The translations under genes were made by a program, and so were the position numbers. From the NCBI GenBank assembly GCA_964016885.1, contig OZ024740.1, positions 365,304,001-365,368,000 on the forward strand: DNA of 64,000 nt, in the 5' to 3' direction. The notes below the pieces were generated by a model. It saw only the letters and a program-made list of their open reading frames with translations, ran no database searches and had not been told where the DNA came from. The DNA is from Eledone cirrhosa (Eukaryota). Shown here piece after piece: positions 13,661-25,000 of this stretch (positions are counted from its first letter, which is position 1; each line of letters begins with the position of its first letter).

Positions 13661-14846
13661 CAGGGACTAGAAAGAAAGGGTCTCAAAGTCAACATGACAA
13701 AGACTAAGGTCCTTGTAAGTAGACGAGAAAACAGAACCCAGATCCCCTCAGGGAAATGGCTTTGCTCAGTATGTAGGAAAGGTGTAGGTAGGAACTCCAT
13801 TCTCTGCCCCAAATGCAAACAATGGGTACACAAGAGATGTAGCGGGATCTCAGGAAGCTTAATTAAGAATGTAGGCTTCACATGCAGCAGCTGTGCTGGG
13901 ACAGCAAATAGCCACAGGAAACAAGTACCACCAATCTCTGGGAGGGCTCTGTAGAAACAGTAGACAGCTTCTGCTACCTAGGTGACCGAATTAGCAGCGG
14001 AGGTGGGTGTTCAGAAAGTACAATAACTAGGGTAAGAACGGGATGGAAGAAGTTTAGGGAACTACTACCACTACTAGCTGCAAAAGGCTTCTCCCTCAGA
14101 ATGAAAGGCAGACTGTATGATGCATGTATCCGAACAGCGATGTTGCATGGTAATGAGACCTGGGCGCTGAAGGTGGAAGACTTACGTAGATTAGAGAGAA
14201 ACGAAGCCTGCATGCTCCGATGGATGTGTAACAGTAATATACGTGAACGACAAAGCATAAATGAATTGAGAGAGAGACTGAGCATAAGAGGAATCAAATG
14301 CTGTGTGCAGGAGGGGCGGTTGCGCTGGTATGGACATGTGATGCGTATGAAGGATGACAGCTGCATAAAAAGGTGCAGAGCACTAGAAGTCGATGGAAAC
14401 CGCGGAGTGGGGAGACTCAAGATGACCTGGGATGAGGTGATAAAAGCCGACCTTACCCAATTAGACCTCTCAAAGGCGATGACACACGACCGTGACTTCT
14501 GGCGTCACACAGTAATACAGAGTACCCGACCTCCCATGGGTACAAGCTGAAACATATAGACAATATGCCCCCACACCCCCCACCGCAAGGTGGTCGTGGA
14601 GGTGCCACGGCAAAAAAGCACCCAGCCCACACTGTAAAGTGGACGTGTAGGCGCCACGAAAAAGCACCCAGCACTCACTGTAAATGAGGTTGGTGTTAGG
14701 AAGGGCATCCAGCTGTAGAAATCAAGCCAAATCAGTTCCTGTATGAGCAAGGCATGGTCAGCCGACCAGACACTGCCCACAACAGGACAACCCGTCTAAC
14801 CCATGCTAGCGTGGAAGAACGGGCGTAAAACGGTGATGATGATGAT
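13661..14846 (+). mobile_element. 5'-truncated RTE LINE (family 2) with one frameshift
   Basis: ORFs 13694 and 14101 give consecutive RT C-terminal peptides split by a short deletion near 13905; 3' UTR and (GAT)n tail end ~14846; near-identical to the copy at 56179-58379. Confidence 0.92.
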
Positions 14847-15632
14847 AGTTATTGTTATTCTTATGGGGTTTATTTTTCTGGGTTATTTAGAAATGTTATT
14901 TGATAGAGATTTTGTGTATTTTGAAATATTTATAAAAGACTTACCTTTGTAGTGAGGTTAGGGACTTGCAGAGTTGTAGATTCTACTATTCTCTGATAGT
15001 ATATAATATATCCTCTGAGAGAAGCATTCGTATATGTTAACTATGTATTATTGACCAGCATTCTCTCTGTGACAATCTTGTTTAACCATTTTGAAGACAT
15101 AACTAAGATGTTCAAATATTTCTGTTTTGTCATCTGTACACAGCAGTGATTCCCAACCTTTTCACTTCCAAGAATGAATGAGCCCCTTTTATGTAAATTA
15201 ATTCCCCCCCCCCCCCCCCCCACACACACACACATATACACACATCTCAATTACTCCCCTCTCAGATTGTGATAATAACAGTCAAAAAAGAAAAATATTC
15301 ATACTTAGCGAAGAATTGATAGGCAATAATTTTTTCCTGTGTTTTTAACAAAGTACTTGAAATTTTGAATTTAGCTCACTGACTTTAGTACCTTTGGAAA
15401 TTATTGGTAGACTCACAGTGTTGCTTTATGGCATTTAAGCTCATCTGTTCTTTAATCCATAAATTCCTCTGGTAAAGAAAACTTTCCAGATTTGTAAGCA
15501 AACTTGATTGTTATAAAATATTCCTTTATTGGTAAGATGAGACATCAGCAACCTTTGTTTTTGATAGTTTAAATATATAAAATTTAATTAAAAATGTAAT
15601 TGTATTTATCTATATTTATCTCTCTCTTTCAG

Positions 15633-16105
15633 GTGCAGAAAACATTGGTCGGTCACCTGGCTCTAATGACCTATCAAGGACTCCATCAACGACAGTGGGC
15701 CCCAATACCACACAAACTCTCCCTGTCCCCTCACAGACTCAATGTACAAACTCTGGTGCACCCCAACCACTGTCAGTTGGCAACAGCTCCAAAGCTGCTC
15801 AACCCAACTGCCCCACTCCTCAGGGACAGCTTCATCCACAATGTGGTCCAGGACAAGGCCCCCCTCTGGGTCAAACTCCCCCTCAACAATCTCCTGGAAT
15901 GCCTCACCCTAGTATGGTTTCTCCCAACCACCAACAGCATCAGTCAACAGGTCCAATTGATGCACATTTTATGCAGCAACATAGTCAAATATTTGTTTTT
16001 AATACCAGTTTAGCAAATCAAGCTGCAGATTCTTTCCGCCAAGGTCAACATAAATCCATTTTAGCATTTCATATGGATCAACCAAGAACAAAGCAATTTT
16101 TACAA
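15633..16105 (+). CDS. BCL9: BCL9/Legless homolog, internal coding exon containing HD1 (Pygopus-binding)
   Basis: Acceptor tctctttcAG ends 15632 and donor GTAAGT starts 16106. The open frame encodes QIFVFNTSLANQAADSFRQGQHKSILAFH (~15986-16072), matching the BCL9 HD1 pattern (VYVFSTEMANKAAEAV..G....IVSFH). Phase-0 join to the next exon keeps frame. Confidence 0.9.
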
Positions 16106-16941
16106 GTAAGTATATTCTCTCATATATGTTTACATGTCTGAAATGAGTTAACTATTATTAACAGATTCATTAGAACAACAAATAAAATGCTTTAAGATAT
16201 TTGTTCTGGTTCTTTACCTTCTAAGATTAAATCCTGCTGAGGCCAACTTTGCCTTTCATCTTTCTGGGATTGATAAAGTACCTGTCAAGTATTGGGGTTG
16301 TCATAACTGACTTTCCCTGCCCTCTAAACTTCTGACATTGGGCCTATTATTTATGGTGATGTTGTTGTTGTTTGAATTACTAACCTCTTCTTTAGCTATT
16401 AATAAACCTTTTATCTCCAAATCACATAATGACAGAGATCAAGGCTGATTGAAACATAGTTTAGATATACCATATATACTCGAATATAAGCTATTTTATG
16501 TCTAAGAAATGGGCAAAAATCCAAACCTCATTTACATAGAATTTTTTTTTTTTTTTTTTGTCACAAATCCCTTGGTTTATATTTGAGTATATGCAGTAAA
16601 GGTTGAAAATAAGTTAAATGGAGATATATGTAAAATGTTGTTTAACTACAGGTCATCTTTGATCCAGCAGACCTATTTATAATCAAAGGTATTTCAGCTG
16701 TGACCATCTTGTCTTTTATTATGAGTGGACACTTGAATTTCCTGTGACCCACCTGAGTTGTTTACTGGATGACCACAGGTGGCACTGTCTGTAATTTGCA
16801 ATCATCTAAATATCTAGGTATTGGTGGCTGCTGCAACTCTGAAGAATTTGTTAAATCGATATCCTATTTTACTTCCATTTATCCATAGTTATGACCTTCA
16901 AACACAGTGCAAGTGTCTGTATATTATTATAGTTGTGTGGA

Positions 16942-17125
16942 TTGACAGTATCAGTAGAGCATCAGATAACATGCTTTGAAGCATAGAGTCACGGCTCTTT
17001 ACGGTCTGGGTTCAAATCCCGCCTAGGTTAACTTTGCCTTTCGTACTTATGAGGTCGATAAAATAAAGCACTAGTAATACACTGGGATAATTGCTGGCCT
17101 TATGCCAAAAGTAGAAACAATTATT
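16942..17125 (+). mobile_element. SINE family A copy in BCL9 intron (older copy at ~16195-16350)
   Basis: Matches the 43500 copy. Confidence 0.8.
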
Positions 17126-17437
17126 ATAGTTAAGGTGTTGGGGGAGTGTTTCCACTTTCATAATATATTTTAAAGGAATAAACAAAGGTGTGTTGTAAAG
17201 AATTTGTAATGAAGGTTATAAATAAGACAAAGGCAGTCTCCTGGTCATTTACTCTGAATTATTGTGTCCTCTGTTAGTCTGTGTTGTACTTGTATAAATG
17301 AACAATAGAGTCACTCATACAATATCCAATAGTTTTTTTCTCTAAAACATTTCAAGTAAAAGATATTTAGTACCTGTTCATGCACATACATAATAGATTT
17401 TATGCCGTATATAAATTTTCTTTTATTTCTTTTCCAG

Positions 17438-18985
17438 AAATTTCCTCCAAAAGGTAACCAGTTTAACCGACCTCCAGGCGGAATGAACATGTATAATATG
17501 GCCAATATGCACCAACCGAATATGGGTTGTATAAAGAATGCTAACATGAACAATATGGGGCCCAGCACTAATTCAGTAGTGGCTCAGTGGGTGCAGCAAC
17601 AGAATGCTAACCTCCAGGAGCAAGAATTCCTTAATTACCCCAATATGATGGGTCAAGGTCAAGGTGGCATGATGCCTTGGCAAATTCCACCAGGTCATTC
17701 TTCACAAGGGCAGGTGGGAATGTTACCAGACAACCCAGGATTTGATCCCGAGCCCTATCGCATGTGTAGTAAAGGTCTTCCTCTCCCACATCGAAATTTA
17801 CTGCAAGCAAAAGTTCCTGATGACAAACTGACTCCGGAACAATTGCAGAAGAGAGAGGAATCATTGGCTTCCCTTCAGAAATTGCAGCTGTTACTATTTC
17901 CTGAGGAACTGAAACAGCAGAGAGGTTTCCCTCCTGGGGCTAACATGATTCCTCCGGAAGGAATGCAGCATCCTCCTAACATGTTCCCTCTGAGCATGTC
18001 TCCACACGAAATGTCGCCGCAATCAGCTATGATGCAACAACAACAACAGCAGCAACAGCAGCAGCAGCAACAACAGCAACAACAGCAGCAGCAGCAGCAG
18101 GGACTTATGCCACAGCAACCTCTTCCGTCACAGCATATGATGCAGCATCATCAGTTCATGATGCAACAGCAGAATATGCCACCTCAGTTCAGTCCACAAC
18201 CTGGAAACATGGAAAACATTACGACTGCACAACGGGAATGGGTTCGCTTACAGCAGGAATTTTATGCTGAGAAAAGAAGAATGCAGCACATGCAGATGGC
18301 TCAACAGATGAATCCTGGTATGGAAATGCCCCCAAATTCAATGCATGCATCCCCACCGTCTTATTATAGTTCCATCTCACAGAAACGACAAGGAGTCGCT
18401 GGTTTAAATGCATCTACCTCACCTAACATGAATGGACCAATGCTGTCTCCCCCTTTGTCTGGCCACGGCCATCCTGAATCTCCTGATCCTATGCATTTAT
18501 TCCCTGGTCCTCGACGAGCCCCTTCATTGAGCTCCCTAGAGCAGGCTGGACTTGGTAGAATGGGTCACGGCTTTTCTCCTGGGCTTCCACCAACTGGAAA
18601 TATGGATCACCCTGTGGGACACGTGTCTCCAGTTGGCCTAAACTCGCAATTCAATATGCCTCCTTCGGCTAAGCAAAACTCCAATCTGACCCTGCAGAGA
18701 GCTGGTAACCCAGAACAGTTTCAGCCTGAAATGAATGCTCCTCCAAATTCCAGTAACAAACCTCCTCCTAGCTATGCACAGTCAACAAAACGAAAACGAG
18801 AAGATATGGACGAGATCTATAAGAACCTACAACCGACTCCATCACCTCAACAGCTAAATTACCTCAACGCATTTGAAGGACAAGAGTTAACAATAACCAA
18901 ACAGTTAAACACAGCATATCGAGAACCAAGCCAAACAGGAAATTCACAACAACAGCAACCACAGCAACCACCAACATCAGTACCA

Positions 18986-19017
<32 letters not shown>

Positions 19018-22000
19018 ACAACAACAGCAGCAGCAGCAACCACCCCAACAGCAACAGGCTGGTGGTATGCCACCACATCAACATCAACAGCCAGGTGGTA
19101 TGCCTTCTCATCAGCAACCACCACAGCAACAACAACAACAACCAAATATTCCTCCACATCAACAACCACAGGCCAATATGGCTGCACATCAAGCAGGCAT
19201 GCCTCCACATCCTCATCCTCCACAACAACAGGCAGGTATGCCTCCACATCCAACACAACCACAACAACCAGGCATGCCACCACATTCAGCCCCACAACAA
19301 ACAGGTTTACCACCCCACCACCAGCAACCACACCCAAATATGCCCCCTCATCAGCATCATTCTGGCATGCCACCTCACCAATCACCTATGTCTTCTCAAC
19401 CACAGCAGTCTAGTATGGCCTCACATCACCCTCAGCCCCCGGGCATATCGTCACATCCACAAGCAGCATCCAATATGGCCACTCATCAATCAGCAATGAA
19501 CTCCCATCAAAACAGTATACCTCCACATCCACAGCCACCACTTAGTGTGTCAGCACCACATCATCAACCTGGTGTATCACCACATCACCCTTCAGTTGGT
19601 CTACCACAACATCAACAGCCACCGGCTGGAGTTGCTACTGCTGCTCCACCCCATCCACCTGGAGTACCCCACCAGTCAGGTGTGCCACCCCATCCACCTG
19701 GTGTACCCCACCAAACAGGTGTGCCACCCCATCAACAGTCAAGTATGAACAACCAAACAATTAGTTCCCAGCAAACCACATCATCACAACCGCAGGGAAC
19801 ATCACAACAACAGAACATGCATTCTCAAGCGCAAGGCATGCCTCCACATGGCATGTCTCCCTCGCAAGGCATGCCTCCACATGGCATGTCTCCCTCGCAA
19901 GGCATGCCCCCACATGGCATGTCCCCTTCACAAGGCATGCCCCCACATGGCATGTCTCCCTCGCAAGGCATACCTCCACATGGCATGTCTCCCTCGCAAG
20001 GCATACCTCCACATGGCATGTCCCCCTCTCAAGGCATACCACCACATGGCATGTCCCCCTCACAAGGCATACCTCCACACGGCATGTCCCCCTCACAAGG
20101 CATACCTCCACACGGCATGTCACCTCAACAGGGCATTCCTCCACATGGCATGTCGCCTCAACAAGGAATACCCCCACACGGAATGTCTCCACAGCAAGGC
20201 CTACCACCACATGGTATAAATCAGAATATGGCATCTCAACAACATGGAATTCCTCCACATGCTATCCCTCCACAGCAACCAGGCATGCCTACTGAAACTC
20301 AGAGTGGTAACTTCCCTCATAGTCAAGTGAACTCTCCAATGCATATAGCACCAGGCTCCAACAAAGGTCCCATGTCCAATTCCAGCCAATCTTCCAGCGT
20401 TGGTCCTTTGTCCAGTCCCGGCCCAATGTCTGGACCATCACCAATGTCCAGCGGTGGTATGCGTTTATCTCATTATGATCCACCTTCAATAAACTGCAGC
20501 TCGAACATATCAACTGGAGGCACCAGTACATCGAGCAGTGTATGTTCTGCTGCTGGCAACAAATCCGGCAACATGACTAATATTACTTCAGCTAGCCTAG
20601 CAAACCTTGCAAAGGGCGTTGAGCACTTGTCACATCAGATGCAGCAAAATATGATGCAGGGGGGGCCATTTCATAGCATACAGATACAGGGTAACGTTAG
20701 CAACCAACAGAATTCTACAAGCACTTCACAGCCATCTACTCCATCTAACCTACCTACATCTCAAAGTCAGTGTAACAGCCCAATGCCATCAAACCCAGTT
20801 GTGCGTCCAGGACAAGGTTCTGTGACACCAGATTCAATGGCACAAGGTCAGATGTCCGGAGTTAATAACACTTTTATTAATGCTAATATGCAGATACAGC
20901 AGCTGAATATACAATCTGTTGATGGGCCTAGCTATAGTCCTTCTATGCAGGTCCAACAAGTTTCTAATGAACCTTCTCAAATGAACATGGGTCAAGTATC
21001 TGCCCAGAGAACTTCGGGTCCTTTGCCAGCACAACAGGGTTGTGCTGGTCCAGTTCCAACATCTGTGAACCCTAATGCAGGAATGTTACCAAATGCCAGT
21101 GGGCACCCTCCCACAAGCAAACAATCGAACTCCAAGTCAGGGAACCCTCCAAACCTCATGATCAATTCAAATTCACGCATCACGCATTCACCAAACTTTA
21201 CTGCAAATTCAGTTGGCAATGCCAACATCCAAATCCAAGCTAAAGCCCCAAACACCATCCAATATCTGCCAGCACAACCTGTTCAGAATTCACAAACTAT
21301 GAATACTAAACAGCAGCGACCAGATTTAGACTTCATGCAAAAGCTGGCCTCGCCCGGTCACACTTTAGACTGTAAACCAACTCAGAGTAAAATGCCACGT
21401 TTTTCAGCACCTTCTTTAGCAGAAATAAGACCTGGTATGCCAAACCATTCTCTTGGTATGCCCCCATCCATAATGATGCAGAATCCTAACCCTAACATGG
21501 TTGGTAATATGTCTGGTGGTGGCATGGCCAGTCCTGTACATATGTCCCCCATGAACAATCCTATGGGGGGTCATCCTGGTAACATGGGTCCTTGTGATAT
21601 GATAGCCCCTGGAATGGGTGGACCCATGCCCAGTATGGGTGCAATGAATGGTATGAATCCTGGTGGGGGAAATGTATGTGGAGGAATGCCTCCTCATGGC
21701 ATGGAAGGCAATATGCCTCCACATGGCATACCCCATCAGTTTAACCCCCAGATGATGGGTGGAGGTCCACCCGGTATGATGAATAATGGAATGATGCAGG
21801 GGCAGCAAATGATGCAAGGTCATGCTATGCATCCAGCCATGTCTATGCAAGGAATGCCTCACCCAGCCATGCAGCGGGGCCCACGTATGTCGGGACCACC
21901 AAATGGCCCACCACAGGGGCCAGGATCCAATTCTGTCAGTCCTGGTTTTAACCAACCGTTCCAACAATTTCAGCAACAGCTTTATTCACAAAACCGCCCA

Positions 22001-22087
22001 CGTCAGATGTCCCCAATGGGTAACATGATGCCCAGTCCTGGCCAGCAGTACATGGGTGTAATGCCTAATATGCCAGGTCCCACTTGA
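17438..22087 (+). CDS. BCL9: BCL9/Legless homolog, 4.65-kb terminal coding exon (HD2, HD3, long Q/P/M/G-rich region)
   Basis: Acceptor ttttccAG ends 17437, in frame with the 1561-aa ORF; TGA at 22085-22087. HD2 KLTPEQLQKREESLASLQKLQLLLFPE (~17822-17905) and HD3 AQREWVRLQQEFYAEKRR (~18227-18280) align with human BCL9 HD2/HD3. Confidence 0.92.
18035..18100 (+). repeat. polyQ tract (22 Q, mixed CAA/CAG); second tract of 18 Q at 18986-19039
   Basis: Direct reading of codons. Confidence 0.95.
19832..20215 (+). repeat. Coding 33-bp minisatellite: 11 full plus 1 partial copies of QG(M/I)PPHGMSP(S/Q)
   Basis: Unit caaggcat(g/a)cc(t/c)ccacatggcatgtc(t/c)ccctc(g/a) repeats in frame within BCL9. Confidence 0.95.
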
Positions 22088-25000
22088 AGAGGGTCTTTCA
22101 ATTATTTAGTGGTGCCTAAAATGGAATTATCACTTGTTGATATGAGGGAAAACAAAAATAGAAAATAGAGGCTGGTTGAATTTTGCCTGCATCTAGCAAC
22201 CACTGTGTTGCCAATGGTCGCAGTAGCAGAAGAACCAAGCTCTGCGAGTTGTTGTCAACTCCAAAGAGCAAGGTGGAAACCACCCTATGTGGTTCTCAGC
22301 CAGCCTCTCTCAGCTTTTACCTTAGATTAAATCTTAACGGAACCAAAGCTGCTGCAGTTCTAGACATTTCATGGAATACAGTCTGACATTTTGTTAGTCC
22401 ATTCTTCACCTGACCTCACAATAAATTTTTTTTTTTTTTTTTTTTGTATATTTCCCATCCCAGTTTCCCCACATCCCAAACAAAAAATTATAAATAGAAC
22501 TTGGCCAATATTGGTCAAATAAAAAAGTATTTGCTTCCGAAAGGATGCAAAACATTCACTTGCAACTTGAAACTGGATTAAATCTGACAAAAACCAGCAA
22601 TGAATAGTTGTTCCATAACCTGCGACTGCAGATTTCTATCAAAGAATTCTGTGACTGTTGAGCTGCTTATGCAAATCAGGGGCTTTATCGTTTTTTTATT
22701 AATTAATTAATTAATTAGAAGTACTACAAAACGTTTTTTATTTTTATTTTTATTTTTATTTTTATTTTTTTATTTTTTATTTTTTTTATAACTAGAGATG
22801 TATAGAGGTGTAAAAAAATGTAAAAAAATGAGACTAAAAATGTGTGTACCAAATAAAATAAGAACACACTCTGTAAGTCTCTTATATCTCTACTGATTTA
22901 TTATTATTATTATTATAAAGAAATCATTATTATTATTAATCGGTGTGCCCTGTTGGAGACCTATGTCAGCCCCTTCTGAAAAGAAACAAAACAAAAAGAG
23001 AATTTAAAAAGAAAAAACTCAAAGAACAAATTCAATTTGGTTTTACCATTTTACTCCCTTAAAAGATGAAGATGATGAAAATGAAGACAAAGAAGAAAAC
23101 AAAAAAAAATTAGATGTTATTTTTTCTTGTTTTATCATATTTTTTCTCAAGTAAACTAAAACATCCATATCAGAATTTGTTTGTGTTTGCATATATGGGG
23201 CTGCATTCTTGACTGTGAAAAAATAATGGTGACAATTGGGGAAGAAAACACTAAGCAGCATTATTCTGGTATCTCTCACCTTTCAGCTTCAGTTCCTTTG
23301 CCGTCATCCTGTCTACTTTTCAACCCCATCTCCTTCAACACACTGGTACTAATGTAGGAAACTTATACAAGTTTGGCATTGAGCTTAACTCTAACAAAGG
23401 GGAAAGTGATAAAAGGGATATCTATCTTCTCTTATTTACACACACACACATACAATATTATATAGTATGGTCTTTATGATAATGATGATATATAAAACAG
23501 GTTAGTTTAATTACACTGCAGTTTGTAGGTTATCAAATTCACCTCATCATCATCATAGCAGTCACTAACACAATAGTTCAATACTCAATCATGTCATTTT
23601 CTCTACATGCTTTCGATTCTCAATATGACTGGCTTCATTTAACTGTGTTAATATACTTTTTTGTTTTGAAATATATAAACATGACAACCTCCGATTTCTT
23701 TTCTCCCATGGTTCTTAGGCCAGTTATTATTGGTATTATTATTATTATTACATCATCATTATCATCATTATCACCATCAATATCACTGTAATATACAGTA
23801 AGCTAGCAGAAACAATGTGATGAACAAAATATTTTAGCAGTATTTAGTGTTCAAATCCTACTTGGTTGATTTGATCTATCAATGATTCAAGAATGATATG
23901 GGTGGAAGGGAGAGATATTTTTGGTCCAAAAAATAGCTGTAATAACCTGTTGATATTGTCACAACTATGCCCATATCCTAAAAATGTATGACCTTGTGTC
24001 ATTGTAAGAAATTATCATCACCATCATTGAATATCTATGGGTTGTCACGTGCTGAGTCTAGACCAGTTAGGTGACCATGTCTTGGCCGTATGCTCCATTT
24101 TGGCTTGGTTTCTAGAGCTGGATACCCTTCCTAAAGCCAACTATTATACAGCATTTTAATGTGGCTCGAGCACTACCACATTGCAGGGTGGATTGAGTGC
24201 TTTTAATCATGAACCAGTACTACTTACTATCTTATAGGGTGGACTATGTGCTTTTCATCATGGCACCTGCTCTACCTAAGTTAAATGCTAACCAAATCAA
24301 TAACATTTAGGTGGACTGGGTAAAGCAGTTAAACAGAAATCCCTATCATCACATCACCCCCCCCAACTAATGTGAATAGCAGAATAGAGAAGCACCTCTG
24401 CAAGGAAGATTTTATGAAGAGATCAACAACAAGGAACTTTGGTTACCAAGTGAAGTGTATTCTACTGCTGTGAAAAAGAAAAGTTATATTTTAGCAGGTG
24501 TAGTAGGGGAGGGCTTTGTATTCTACACATAACATAAATACCCTACCCGCCCTGATTTGAAATATTTCTGGAACCTTAGCAAAATATATATAACAAACAA
24601 GGGAGAAAATATTTTCAGTTGTTTTTTTTATGTGTGTATATATATATGTGTAACCAGATAAGTTTCTTTGTTTTTGCAACAGAACTTTTTAGGGACGGGT
24701 GTTTTTTTTTTATTTTATTTATTTTTTAATTGTTTATTTTTCAACTCTCACCCCAACATCATACATCCAGCTTACCCTCCCTTATCCCTAGTATTTTATT
24801 TTTAACATCATGTGCCAGTGTAATGACACAAGACTACATCAGTTGCTGCAAGGAAAAATACACACAAAGAAATGCAGTGCCCCAGCATGGCCACAGTCTA
24901 ATTGACTGAAACCAGTAAAAGAATAAATGTCTTAAGTAAAACTGTTTAAAGTTATTTGTAAATAGAGACCATGGAAATGTGTTTGTCAATGCATGGGGAC

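Noticed and set aside
17402-17437. ORF-track start MPYINFLLFLFQ as the BCL9 N-terminus
   Set aside because: It is the intron's polypyrimidine tract and acceptor; the HD1 exon lies upstream.
18864-21976. Antisense and alternate-frame ORFs over BCL9
   Set aside because: Shadows of the low-complexity coding exon.
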